From positions 720,001 to 752,000 of the forward strand of contig NC_017039.1 of assembly GCF_000284455.1 (NCBI RefSeq): a stretch of 32,000 nt of DNA, given 5' to 3'. The notes below the pieces were generated by a model. That model was not told the origin of the DNA. It searched no databases and was given only the letters and a program-made list of their open reading frames with translations. The stretch's first letter is position 1; each line of letters begins with the position of its first letter. Positions 1 to 8,761 of this stretch are shown in pieces. Position numbers and translations under genes: made by a program. This DNA comes from Synechocystis sp. PCC 6803 substr. PCC-P. GTDB lineage: Bacteria > Cyanobacteriota > Cyanobacteriia > Cyanobacteriales > Microcystaceae.

Positions 1-1349
1 CTAAAGTCAGGGGCGATATTAAGTCTCGTAACTGTGCCATCGGGATTTAAACGAATTAGATCAACGCTGGCTTTATCCGCCCGAATCGGGTCAAAGGAAC
101 CGGCGGCCAAAATTGCTTGGTTTAAGGTGGAATTAGGCTGTAGCTGGATAGCACCACCTCGTCGCACTTCCCCCACAACGTTAACAGTGATGGAGCGGGG
201 TGAAAAATTGGCAGTGGCAATGGCCTCAAATTCATCTGGTGACACTTCTTTAGCCTGGGGAACTGTAATGACGTCGCCGTTTTGGAGGATAACGTCTTTA
301 TCTAGGTTGCCTTCGTCTAAGAGTTCCCAAAGATTGACCACAATCAACTCAAAGTTCCCGTCCCGATTTTCTCGCCGCACTTCCACATTGCGAATATCTG
401 CTTGGGATTTAATACCACCGGCTTCTTGGATTGCTTGGGTCAGGCGCACCGGCTGGGTATTTTCTACGTTGGCACGACTGCTAGTTGCGGCTGTGCTGCT
501 GTTGTCACCACTCACTTCGGTGATACTAGAGGCTCTAATGGCAGGGGAAATTTTGTAAGAACCAGGGCGAAAAATTTCCCCAATCACCGCCACGTTAATT
601 TCTTGCTCAAAACGAATACCAAAATTTGCGTCGGCTAATTGTCGCACTTCCCTCGGATCTGTGGCAGTTTTGCTTGGGATAACCACAATATCACCATCTC
701 TTAGGGTGACGTTTTGACGGGAATTTCCTTTCTGTAGCAGTTCCCACAGGTTGATGCTGTAGTTTTCTTGTTGATTACCCTTTTGCCGCCGCAGCTGCAC
801 CCGACTGATGTCTGATACTGGGGTGAGACCGCCAGCCTGTTGAATTACTTGGGTGAGGGTAGGAAATTTCTGCCCGCCTTCGATCGCCAGGGCGTAGGCG
901 CCGGGGGAATTGACCTCACCGGAAAGGGTGATGCTTAGGGGGCGAGGGACAGTCAGAATGGCAGTGACCAAGGGACGGCGAATATATTTTGCGTACTGGC
1001 TAACTAAAATTTGGTTTAGTTCTGGGATGGTTAGGCCGGCAACTCTGACAGTGCCAATGAGGGGAAAACCCACTGTGCCGTCCACTAAAACTTGATATTC
1101 TCCCGATAACCCTTCCACCTGCAGCACATCGACCCGGAGGCGATCGCCGGGGCCGAGGGTGTATTCACTCTCTGGAGGCAGGATAGAGGGAGCGTTTTGG
1201 GGACTGGTCTGCGGTAATAGACTAGGGGAAGGACTACCAATTTGAGCAAATGCTTCCTGTGTCCACAGACCTAAACAGGCCATGGTGGTTACCAGCACTG
1301 CACCACCGAGTTTAGAAGGGAAGGATTGACTAGGATTCATAGCATTCAT
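1..1349 (-). CDS. wza: Polysaccharide export protein, Wza/GumB-like; 3' end runs off the window start
   Basis: Absent from the ORF track because there is no stop in the window. My reverse-strand translation from ATG at 1349 (alternative ATG at 1340) stays open to base 1. It gives MNAMNPSQSFPSKLGGAVLVTTMACLGLWTQEAFAQ (signal peptide). The Poly_export motif follows: YTLGPGDRLRVDVLQVEGLSGEYQVLVDGTVGFPLIGTVRVAGLTIPELNQIL...SGEVNSPGAY. Repeated SLBB-like segments come after it (NLWELLQKGN..DGDIVVIP; NLWELLDEGN..NGDVITVP). Confidence 0.85.
   Translation of the reverse strand, partial: MNAMNPSQSFPSKLGGAVLVTTMACLGLWTQEAFAQIGSPSPSLLPQTSPQNAPSILPPESEYTLGPGDRLRVDVLQVEGLSGEYQVLVDGTVGFPLIGTVRVAGLTIPELNQILVSQYAKYIRRPLVTAILTVPRPLSITLSGEVNSPGAYALAIEGGQKFPTLTQVIQQAGGLTPVSDISRVQLRRQKGNQQENYSINLWELLQKGNSRQNVTLRDGDIVVIPSKTATDPREVRQLADANFGIRFEQEINVAVIGEIFRPGSYKISPAIRASSITEVSGDNSSTAATSSRANVENTQPVRLTQAIQEAGGIKSQADIRNVEVRRENRDGNFELIVVNLWELLDEGNLDKDVILQNGDVITVPQAKEVSPDEFEAIATANFSPRSITVNVVGEVRRGGAIQLQPNSTLNQAILAAGSFDPIRADKASVDLIRLNPDGTVTRLNIAPDF
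1140..1147. repeat. HIP1 octamer GCGATCGC (one example of many)
   Basis: Exact GCGATCGC. By eye I count about 30 exact copies across the window, for example at 1871, 2208, 2771, 4990, 10201, 11975, 20281 and 27177, plus many one-off variants. This is roughly one per kb. Confidence 0.9.
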
Positions 1350-1530
1350 CAAATGGAGAAAAGCCAAAAGTTAAAGATCTGACTGGACTAAAAGAAAGGA
1401 TTATGTTCCTTTTGGTTTCCAAGTTCAAGGCCACCAGATTATCCCCATAGCCTGGGCACATTGTAGACGGATATCATATGTTCAGGTAGGCACTGTAAAA
1501 ATTTTGTTCAGCTTTTGGTTAACTTTTCCC

Positions 1531-1794
1531 ATGGCCCGCAAGCAAAAATTTCCCCATCTCCTCGGTTCCAAATGGACAGCCCAACAAAAAACCTGGGGTT
1601 GGCGACACTTCCAAGTGGTCAATCGACGGCAGGAGGGTCAGTGGGTTTTTGCGGAAATGGTGGCCAGTTGCGATCCGAAAGTGCGGTTTTGGCTCAATGC
1701 CCAACAACTTAAAGATGATCTGCTCTGGCGCTCGGGCTGGCAACCCCTCCAGGCCATGGAAAGGGATGAGGAAGATCAGATAGCGCTAAAATAA
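1531..1794 (+). CDS. Small Trp-rich conserved protein (TIGR02450-like, from memory)
   Basis: ORF 1504..1794. I prefer the internal ATG at 1531 (MARKQKFPHLLGSKWTAQQKTWGWRHFQV...) over the TTG at 1504. The SKWTA...W.HF.V pattern and multiple Trp fit the Trp-rich family. Confidence 0.6.
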   Translation: MARKQKFPHLLGSKWTAQQKTWGWRHFQVVNRRQEGQWVFAEMVASCDPKVRFWLNAQQLKDDLLWRSGWQPLQAMERDEEDQIALK

Positions 1795-1825
1795 CCTCCG
1801 AGTCATTAATCCTCCCCCCATAACC

Positions 1826-2581
1826 ATGTCCCTCCCCGTTCCCTCCACCATTGATGAGGCCATCTCCGAGGCGATCGCCGCCACCCAAAGGGCCTTAGAT
1901 GATGGCTACCGTCGTATCCAGGTGGAATTGGCGGTGCCAGAAATTGCCCTCCAAGCCCAAGCTATTGCCTTAGAATTTAGCCAATTATTTGCTGATCAAG
2001 GATTGGGACTACGGATAATTTTTCCCGATACTGGAGCGGCGGCCCTGGCAAAAAGAGACTGGGGCGAAGTTCCTTTTCAAATTGGAGATTTAGGTAGTCG
2101 CTACACCCCCATTGGCCGCAAAATTGCTGAATCTGACCAAGTATTTTTGGTGGTCTCCCCTTCTGCGGTGGAAGTGCAAAGTGTGGAAAAACTCTGTGAA
2201 TTGGCCGGCGATCGCCCGGTGGTTTTGCTCATTCCCCAACTAGAAGATGTGTCCATTGTGGGCATTGGCTATGCGGCCCGGCAACTGCGACAACGGTTTT
2301 TGAGCACCCTGTTTAGCGCTTACTATTTCCGTCCCCTAGATGGGGCAGTAGTGTTACGCTCCCACCCTTCCAGGTGGCAAGTATTGCTAGAAAAGGGGGA
2401 AGAATACGAACTTTTAACGGAATTGCCTGAAAAGCCAGCGGGGGAAGCCCTGGAAAGACTATTGATAGAAGGCACTAATGCCAATCCCCAGGCGGCCAGC
2501 TCGGAAGGTGCCAGCTCTAGTCCTAAACGAGGAGGCATCATGGCCAATTTAAACCGTTTTCTCAAAGCTCTCAGCCAATAG
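1826..2581 (+). CDS. DUF1995-type conserved cyanobacterial/plastid protein
   Basis: 251-aa ORF with ATG start. The N-terminal pattern (P.TIDEAI.EA..A...AL.DGYRR.QVEL) recalls DUF1995. No catalytic motif recognised. Confidence 0.6.
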   Translation: MSLPVPSTIDEAISEAIAATQRALDDGYRRIQVELAVPEIALQAQAIALEFSQLFADQGLGLRIIFPDTGAAALAKRDWGEVPFQIGDLGSRYTPIGRKIAESDQVFLVVSPSAVEVQSVEKLCELAGDRPVVLLIPQLEDVSIVGIGYAARQLRQRFLSTLFSAYYFRPLDGAVVLRSHPSRWQVLLEKGEEYELLTELPEKPAGEALERLLIEGTNANPQAASSEGASSSPKRGGIMANLNRFLKALSQ

Positions 2582-2671
2582 TTCGGCTAGAAGTTCACCC
2601 CAACGATTTAAACTATATGGGGTTGACCATTAATGATTAAAAAAATCCAAAATTTTAAGTAGAGTTGGTTC

Positions 2672-3964
2672 GTGTTAGACCTCAAGCAAATTCGTGAAAA
2701 TCCCACCGCTATTCAAAATCGCCTCAATCAAAGAGGGGGCGGGGCAAGTTATGATCTCGAACCCATTTTGGCGATCGCCGCTGAGCAAAAAGCCAAGGAA
2801 AGCGAACGAACTGTACTGCAAAGTCGTAGCAATGAAATCGGCAAATTAATTGGCCAAAAAATTGGTCAGGGAGCCGATCCTAAAGGGGAAGAAATTCAAA
2901 CTTTACGGGAAGAAGGTAATAGTTTAAAAATCCAGTTAGCAGATTTAGAACCCCAGGAAAAAGATCTTAAAGAGCAGTTGCAAAAGCTGTTACTAGAACT
3001 GCCCAATTTGCCTTGTGAAACCACTCCCATAGGAGCGAGTGAAGCTGATAACATCGAAGTAAAACGTTGGGGAGATCAATACTTAAAAGCAGAAACAGTA
3101 GGAATTTTACCCCATTGGGAAATCGGTGAAAAATTAGGCATTATTGACAGTGAGCGGGGAGTTAAAGTAGCCCAGAGTCGTTTTATTTCCCTCATGAAAG
3201 CTGGAGCTGCCTTGGAAAGGGCTCTGATTAACTTTATGCTGGAACGTCACATTGGCGTGGGCTACCAGGAGATTATGCCTCCCATTTTAGTTAACAGCGA
3301 TTCCCTGCTGGGCACAGGGCAATTACCCAAATTTGCTGAGGAAAGTTTTCAATGTCGGGGGGATGACCTCTGGCTTATTCCCACCGCCGAAGTGCCAGTG
3401 ACTAACCTTTATCGAGACGAAGTTTTAGACTTAGAACAACTCCCCATTAAACATTGTGCTTACACTCCCTGTTTTCGGCGGGAAGCTGGTAGTTACGGCC
3501 GGGATACCAAAGGGTTGATTCGTTTACATCAGTTCAATAAAGTCGAATTAGTTAAATTAGTTAAACCAGAGGAATCCGCCGCTGAACACCAAGCCCTAGT
3601 TGCGGATGCAGAAGCTATTCTCCAAGCCCTAGAATTACCCTATCGAGTGGTGGAATTATGTACCGGTGATTTAGGTTTTGGAGCGGCTAAATGCTACGAC
3701 TTGGAAGTTTGGTTACCATCGGCTAACACCTACCGGGAAATTTCCAGTTGTTCTAACTTCCACGATTTCCAAGCCCGTCGGGCCAACATTCGCTACAAGG
3801 AAAAGGGCAAAAAAGGCACCCAATTTGTTCACACTCTCAACGGTTCCGGTTTGGCGATCGGGCGCACCATGGCGGCAATTTTAGAAAATTATTACGAACC
3901 CAGCAGCGGTCAGGTTAAAGTTCCCGTCGTCCTGCAGGATTTCCTCAAACGGGATTATCTTTAA
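2672..3964 (+). CDS. serS: Seryl-tRNA synthetase
   Basis: 430 aa with GTG start. [12 protein letters not shown]-terminus and a coiled-coil arm. Class II motifs are present: [28 protein letters not shown] and [19 protein letters not shown]. Confidence 0.95.
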
Positions 3965-3994
3965 ACCCATCACTGCATCAAATCGTTACTTTGC

Positions 3995-4033
3995 CCAAAC
4001 AAAAACGGTGGTTTATCAACGGATAACCCACCG
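3995..4033 (-). terminator. Rho-independent terminator candidate ending the cpc operon transcript (hairpin also lies 42 nt past the serS stop)
   Basis: Plus-strand arms 4006..4017 and 4022..4033 (cggtggtttatc / gataacccaccg, 11 of 12 bp, 4-nt loop). On the minus-strand RNA the hairpin is followed by uuuuuguuuggg. On the plus strand it is followed by ccaacaaac, with no U-run. Confidence 0.55.
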
Positions 4034-4195
4034 CCAACAAACTTTCACTAATAATGAACTAAATGGACTGACTCGATGGCTATTCTAGTTTGGAGTTCAA
4101 TCAAAAAAAGAGATTAGTCATTGTTATGGTTAGTTAATGCTTTTGAGTAAGTAAGGTATTTTACACTCAGCTCAAATAGTAATTAACAAAATAGC

Positions 4196-4447
4196 CTAGT
4201 TTTGTTCGTTGCTGTCAGCTTGATAGGGACGAATGTTAACAATAGTTCCCCCCAGACGGGAAATGCGGCGCATCTCATCATTCATACGGGCATAGGGAAC
4301 TTTGATAAACACACTACCGCTGCGACGAATATCGTGGGCACTGTTTTCATTGGCATCGGTCTGGCGGAGTCCACTGACTTCATAGACAAAGACACGGTTA
4401 GCCGCCTGGGTATTGGAATAGCCCACCAAAGAAGATTGACCTAACAT
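4196..4447 (-). CDS. cpcD: Phycocyanin rod-capping linker CpcD
   Basis: 83 aa consisting of a CpcD domain only (RVFVYEVSGLRQ...FIKVPYARMNDEMRRISRLGGTIVNIRP). Last gene of the cpc cluster, with an AGGAG Shine-Dalgarno upstream. Confidence 0.95.
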   Translation of the reverse strand: MLGQSSLVGYSNTQAANRVFVYEVSGLRQTDANENSAHDIRRSGSVFIKVPYARMNDEMRRISRLGGTIVNIRPYQADSNEQN

Positions 4448-4507
4448 GGCGATTCTAAAAACTCCTGAACACTAAAGTTTTAATTTGCTAATTAGCAAAA
4501 TCATCTA

Positions 4508-4573
4508 CAAAGACAAAAAGAGAAGCGACCCCAAGTTATTCCCCAAAGGGAAAATAAAGTCAAGCCACTTCTC
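4508..4573 (-). terminator. Terminator-like or attenuator hairpin between cpcC1 and cpcD
   Basis: Minus-strand RNA: GAGAAGUGG (rc of 4565..4573) pairs with UCGCUUCUC (rc of 4519..4527), including two G-U pairs, around a 36-nt interior. It is followed by uuuuugucuuug. The large loop makes this non-canonical. Confidence 0.35.
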
Positions 4574-4593
4574 CTCCTGAACTAAACAGAAAT

Positions 4594-5469
4594 CTAGCTC
4601 AAGCTAGCCGGGGTAATACTAGCAACCTTACCCCCCAAACGATTGATTTGTTGTAAGGTCTGGTTGAGTTGTTCAAAGGGAACAATTACCGCCTTATTGC
4701 TCCGACGCACTTTGGGATAACCGGGCGCAGAAATGGCTGTAATTTCCACCCGGAACAGCTTACTTGCTTGACCAAAGGGAACCGTACCACCCAACGCTTT
4801 TGCTGGGGTATTGCCGGCCCGAGAAGGACGATAGGCCCAACCAGCATTACTGCCACTGGGGCCCACGATCGCCGAAACAGTATTTTGTCCCAACTCCGTT
4901 GCCAGACGACTAGAACTGCGCTCTAACTGGGAACGGTCACTGTTAGCATAACCACGGTAAAGACGGAACATGCGGGTAAATCCCACAGTGCGATCGCCTA
5001 CCTGATTATTAAAACGATAATAGGGAACAATATTTTCCCCAAAGTTCTCTTGGTATTCGACCGAATCAATGTAAGAATCGATATCCGCATCAAAACCCTG
5101 ATTTTCATAGAGATCGAGATGGAAAATCACCTCATCTTCACTGAAAGGAGCACGACCCAACAGATGTTTGTAGTTGAGTTCAATGACCCGGGTTTGGAAG
5201 TTGTTATAAAGGAATTTCTTCTTATAAAGTTCCGACTTGGCCACGGTACGGACAAATTCCCGCACACTAATAGAACCATTGGTCAAAAGAGACTCGGCAC
5301 CCTTGAGGCGCTCAGAATCCATAATGTAATCGTTGCCTAAAACCTGACGATATACAGCCCGAATCACCATTTTGGCATCATCAAGGCTAAAGTCAGGGCG
5401 TAACTCCACAGGACGGGACTCATTATAGGGAGCCACCCCCAATCTGGAGGCTGCGGTTGTAATTGCCAC
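4594..5469 (-). CDS. cpcC1: Phycocyanin-associated rod linker, 33 kDa type (CpcC1)
   Basis: 291 aa. PBS-linker domain ([17 protein letters not shown]...[12 protein letters not shown]) plus a C-terminal CpcD-like domain (LFRVEITA...[23 protein letters not shown]). Confidence 0.95.
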   Translation of the reverse strand: MAITTAASRLGVAPYNESRPVELRPDFSLDDAKMVIRAVYRQVLGNDYIMDSERLKGAESLLTNGSISVREFVRTVAKSELYKKKFLYNNFQTRVIELNYKHLLGRAPFSEDEVIFHLDLYENQGFDADIDSYIDSVEYQENFGENIVPYYRFNNQVGDRTVGFTRMFRLYRGYANSDRSQLERSSSRLATELGQNTVSAIVGPSGSNAGWAYRPSRAGNTPAKALGGTVPFGQASKLFRVEITAISAPGYPKVRRSNKAVIVPFEQLNQTLQQINRLGGKVASITPASLS

Positions 5470-5514
5470 TAAATAATCTCCTTTTACTAACTAGGTTGAC
5501 AAAAAATCCTGATT

Positions 5515-6336
5515 CTAGGCAAGGGAAATCATTGTGACCGTATCTCCTTGGCGATTGATTTGTTGCAACTTGGCAGACAAATTATCGTAGGAAACTAGAT
5601 ACTCCGCTTTACCACGGCGCACTCGGGTGCCACGACCGGGGGCCGCCCCTTGAATCACTTGCAAACGATACATTTGGTTACGACTACCCGCCGAAGTTCC
5701 CCGCAAACTCTCGGCCGTAGAACCGGCATACACCGGAGAAGCTGTATTGCGAGCCAACTCCCGCGTCAATCGAGAACGGGAACCATTTCCCTGGGAACGA
5801 TCACTGGTAGCGTAGCCCCGATACACCTGGAAAGAACGGCTGAAACCAACGGTTTTTTGATTCCGCTGGGTAGCAAAGCCGCGGAAATAAGGTACAACCC
5901 AATCTCCAAAGTTTTCCGTGTATTCTACGGAGTCAATATAGGAATTGATCTCCGCTTCATAGCCCCCCTGGTGATAAAGATCGGTGTGGAAAGCAATTTC
6001 CGACTGATCGTAGGGAGCCCGTCCCAGTAAATGCTTATAATTAAGCTCGATAAAACGATTTTGTGGGTTGGAATGGAAAAACTTCTGCCGGTACACTTCC
6101 GACAGAGCCACAGCCCGAACAAAATCCCTTACCGAAATCTCCCTGCCCCGGAGCAAAGATTCTGCACTGGTCAGTCGTTCCTGGGACATGAGATGATCGT
6201 TGCCCAAAACTTGACGGTAAACCGCCAGGATAACGGCATCCACCTCTTCCTCTGTACTCCGGGAACGAAGCTCGAGGGGAATAGCCTCATCCACGGCCAC
6301 AATGCCCAGACGCTGGGCCGAAACTAAACTAGTCAT
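5515..6336 (-). CDS. cpcC2: Phycocyanin-associated rod linker, 30 kDa type (CpcC2)
   Basis: 273 aa, paralogous to cpcC1. It has the same PBS-linker domain plus CpcD-like domain layout (MYRLQVIQ...[25 protein letters not shown]). Confidence 0.95.
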   Translation of the reverse strand: MTSLVSAQRLGIVAVDEAIPLELRSRSTEEEVDAVILAVYRQVLGNDHLMSQERLTSAESLLRGREISVRDFVRAVALSEVYRQKFFHSNPQNRFIELNYKHLLGRAPYDQSEIAFHTDLYHQGGYEAEINSYIDSVEYTENFGDWVVPYFRGFATQRNQKTVGFSRSFQVYRGYATSDRSQGNGSRSRLTRELARNTASPVYAGSTAESLRGTSAGSRNQMYRLQVIQGAAPGRGTRVRRGKAEYLVSYDNLSAKLQQINRQGDTVTMISLA

Positions 6337-6374
6337 TTTGTTCTCCTAGATAAGTGTCAATAAATACGACAAGA

Positions 6375-6429
6375 CCTGGAAAAGCGGAATATTGTCAACC
6401 AGTTGTTAACACTTTCCCACCCTTCCAGG
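6375..6429 (-). promoter_or_regulatory. Strand-specific intercistronic stem-loop between cpcA and cpcC2
   Basis: Arms at 6375..6387 and 6417..6429. In the minus-strand (mRNA-sense) RNA, CCUGGAAGGGUGG pairs with CCGCUUUUCCAGG at all 13 positions, three of them G-U. On the plus-strand RNA those three become A-C mismatches. Confidence 0.5.
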
Positions 6430-6450
6430 CCAGCTAGAATTAAAAACTGA

Positions 6451-6939
6451 CTAGCTCAGAGCATTGATGGCGTAATCGAGGTAGGAATTAGCTTCGTCAC
6501 GGGCATCGCCACTCAAGCCGTGGTTAGCTTTGATGTATTTCAGAGCTTCAACATACCAGCTGGGGGAGAGGTCAAAGGTGCGGTTGATTTCATCAATACC
6601 GGCGATCAAGTACTCATCCAAAGGACCGGTACCACCAGCAACTAAGCAGTAGGTAACGATGCGGAGGTAGTAGCCGATGTCCCGGGCACACTTGTCTTTA
6701 CCCCGTTGATCCGCAGCAAAGTTGTTGCCTTGGGTTTGGGTGGTGTAGGGGAATTTGTTATAAACGGCTTGGGCAGCACCATTTACCAAGCTCTGGGCAT
6801 TGTCGGTCAGAGCTTTAGCGGCTTGCAAACCAGCATTAGCTTGACGTAGACGACCGAAAGCAATTTGCAATTCGGTGCTGCTCAGAAAGCGACCTTGAGA
6901 GTCAGCGGTGGAAACGGCTTCAGTTAAAGGGGTTTTCAT
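6451..6939 (-). CDS. cpcA: C-phycocyanin alpha subunit
   Basis: 162 aa. [25 protein letters not shown] start and the chromophore Cys in [11 protein letters not shown]. Confidence 0.98.
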   Translation of the reverse strand: MKTPLTEAVSTADSQGRFLSSTELQIAFGRLRQANAGLQAAKALTDNAQSLVNGAAQAVYNKFPYTTQTQGNNFAADQRGKDKCARDIGYYLRIVTYCLVAGGTGPLDEYLIAGIDEINRTFDLSPSWYVEALKYIKANHGLSGDARDEANSYLDYAINALS

Positions 6940-7049
6940 TGTTCTGGTATCTCCCGTTAGAATGTGAAAATTTTCCTAGATATGTCAGCTTTAAGCTGGA
7001 TTTTCTCGGGTATGGAACCTGAGTAAAGTTGGTTTTTAAAATAACCAGA

Positions 7050-7568
7050 CTAGGCTACGGCAGCAGCGGCGCGGTCGAAGTAACCAGCGATTTCAGCAAC
7101 GATAGCACTGCAATCACCACGGGTGATGCCATTGGGATCGTTAACGATGTCCAGGGCAGCTTCTTTCATTTTTTGAACGCCAGCAGCTACGGAAGCACCG
7201 GGAACACCCAGGGCAACGTAGGTTTCACGGAGACCGTTCAAGCAACGATCTTCTAGAACGGAAGCGTCGCCGGTGAAGGTTGCGTAGGTAACATAGCGGA
7301 GGATGATTTCCATGTCACGCAAACAAGCAGCCATACGACGGCTGGTGTAGGCGTTTCCACCGGGTTGGATTAATTGGGGCTGTTCGGCGAACAAAGCACG
7401 AGCAGCGTTGGAAACGATAGCGGAAGCATTACCGGTGATGCGGTTAACAGAATCAATCCGTTTGTTGCCTTCAGCAACGGTAGCGCTCAAAGCATCTAAC
7501 TGAGAACCAGAGAGGTACTCGCCGCGAGCATCAGCTTGGGAAACAACCCGAGTGAATACGTCGAACAT
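7050..7568 (-). CDS. cpcB: C-phycocyanin beta subunit
   Basis: 172 aa. [27 protein letters not shown] start and chromophore Cys residues in [10 protein letters not shown] and GDCSAIV. Confidence 0.98.
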   Translation of the reverse strand: MFDVFTRVVSQADARGEYLSGSQLDALSATVAEGNKRIDSVNRITGNASAIVSNAARALFAEQPQLIQPGGNAYTSRRMAACLRDMEIILRYVTYATFTGDASVLEDRCLNGLRETYVALGVPGASVAAGVQKMKEAALDIVNDPNGITRGDCSAIVAEIAGYFDRAAAAVA

Positions 7569-8128
7569 TGAATTAATCTCCTACTTGACTTTATGAGTTG
7601 GGATTTTCTTAAACACAATTCCCCCGGATAAACTGAGGGAGTCCAAAGTAATGACCCTAGAGTTATTGTTACTGATCTCCATTAACTTTCGTTAACTACC
7701 CGGGGATTTATGAGAGATATTACCTAAATAAATCCAGGGAGAAACACGGAGGCAGCGACAAGGGCCACCGGGATGCTCAAACAGCTCAGCGCCTAGGCTT
7801 GAATGCTTTTGCAATCCCACAGTTAACTTTATACAACGGTGATGGGACTTATGTCTGTTACATCTTGTTAATTTTATTCCTGCTTTTTTGTTAAGTAATG
7901 TTGCAGGGGATTCTCAGATTGTCCTGGATTGGGAAGGGAAGACAACCAGTTTCGTTCAGCTTATGTTTTAGGGCTAAAATTATGCAATTGATGTTCGGTG
8001 CGAACTTTTCTCGTTTTTTTAGTTTCCAGTGGGGTAGGGAAGACTGTTGCCTAGGGAACCACAGCCTACTTTCCTTTTTGAGCTTTTTATCCCACCATTT
8101 TGATATTCAGGGACTCTTCTCTACAGGT
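7569..8128 (-). promoter_or_regulatory. cpcB upstream region: long leader plus promoter (equivalent to the strong Pcpc560 fragment used in engineering)
   Basis: The reverse complement of 8128 down to 7569 starts acctgtagagaagagtccctgaatatc. This matches my memory of the published 560-bp cpcB promoter fragment. A -10-like TATAAA lies on the minus strand at 7828..7833, implying a leader of about 250 nt. An AGGAGA Shine-Dalgarno lies just before the ATG. Confidence 0.7.
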
Positions 8129-8270
8129 GGGTATAGATTTGTTAAGTTTATTTTATAACGAAGTCGGGATCGTCTTTGATTTGCCTTGCTAATGGGCTAA
8201 ATAACTTCATCAGGAGCCATAAACCTTCTCTTCATGGGATTTAGCCCAAGCAACGTCCCTGTGGTTTGTC

Positions 8271-8286
8271 TGTGATCTAAATCACC
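8271..8286. promoter_or_regulatory. CRP-family (cAMP receptor protein) binding-site candidate
   Basis: TGTGATCTAAATCACC matches TGTGA-N6-TCACA at 9 of 10 positions. A further TGTGA half-site lies at 8294..8298. Confidence 0.3.
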
Positions 8287-8372
8287 TGGTTAATGTGATA
8301 GTTTCTCTGGTGGAAAGACTGGCCATGGCAAAGACTGGATGTAGTTAGTGACATTCAAGTCTTTTTTTAGTC

Positions 8373-8591
8373 ATGTTTGATTGTACTGTTGATTGTTTTA
8401 GTCTACCCGATGATCTGGCCCTCAAGCGGAAAATTACCGACCTGGAAAAATTATTAAATTGTGCATCCAATAAGCCGGTGGTTGACCACGAAACTAGGGC
8501 TGAAATTGTTCACTCCGTGGCCAGCCGCATGGGAAGAGTGGCCTATGTCCGTCGCCTATCGATGGGACGGGTCAGGCAAAAGCGTGGTTGA
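8373..8591 (+). CDS. Possible small ORF (72 aa), unknown
   Basis: ATG ORF in an otherwise empty 630-bp gap. No Shine-Dalgarno, no recognisable motif, some rare codons (AGG, AGA, CTA), and an alternative overlapping ORF at 8461..8676. Confidence 0.25.
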   Translation: MFDCTVDCFSLPDDLALKRKITDLEKLLNCASNKPVVDHETRAEIVHSVASRMGRVAYVRRLSMGRVRQKRG

Positions 8592-8761
8592 GGCGTTTAC
8601 TTGGACGGAGAACTCCCTTTTTTTCCACTTGACTGGTCAATATTTGGCTAAACACTTCCATGTTAGCGGGGACTGACATTCCTTTTCCCTTTCCCTAACC
8701 TGGATGTAGTGGGGCAAGATTTTCCCACAACCAATATCCGCAATCAGGTGAGGAAATTAGG

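Noticed and set aside
34-1095. Plus-strand ORFs 34..558, 402..638 and 910..1095
   Set aside because: They lie antisense to a continuous, motif-rich Wza-like reading frame on the minus strand. Their products are low-complexity Ser/Arg/Thr-rich with no motifs.
1504-1530. Upstream extensions of track ORFs (1504, 13502, 24833, 27260, 31060, 31482, 18921, 19741)
   Set aside because: These extensions begin at TTG/GTG or add non-conserved residues. In each case an internal ATG has a better Shine-Dalgarno, gives a signal peptide, or creates an ATGA overlap with the upstream gene. The starts remain unverified.
4202-7256. Long plus-strand ORFs mirroring the cpc genes (4202..4444, 4669..4926, 5050..5340, 5650..6030, 6031..6327, 7029..7256)
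   Set aside because: These are typical antisense shadow ORFs of strongly codon-biased genes. The minus-strand products are unmistakable phycobilisome proteins.
7898-8158. 86-aa plus-strand ORF in the cpcB upstream region
   Set aside because: It falls inside the cpcB promoter/leader fragment. The product is Phe/Leu/Ser-rich low-complexity with no Shine-Dalgarno.
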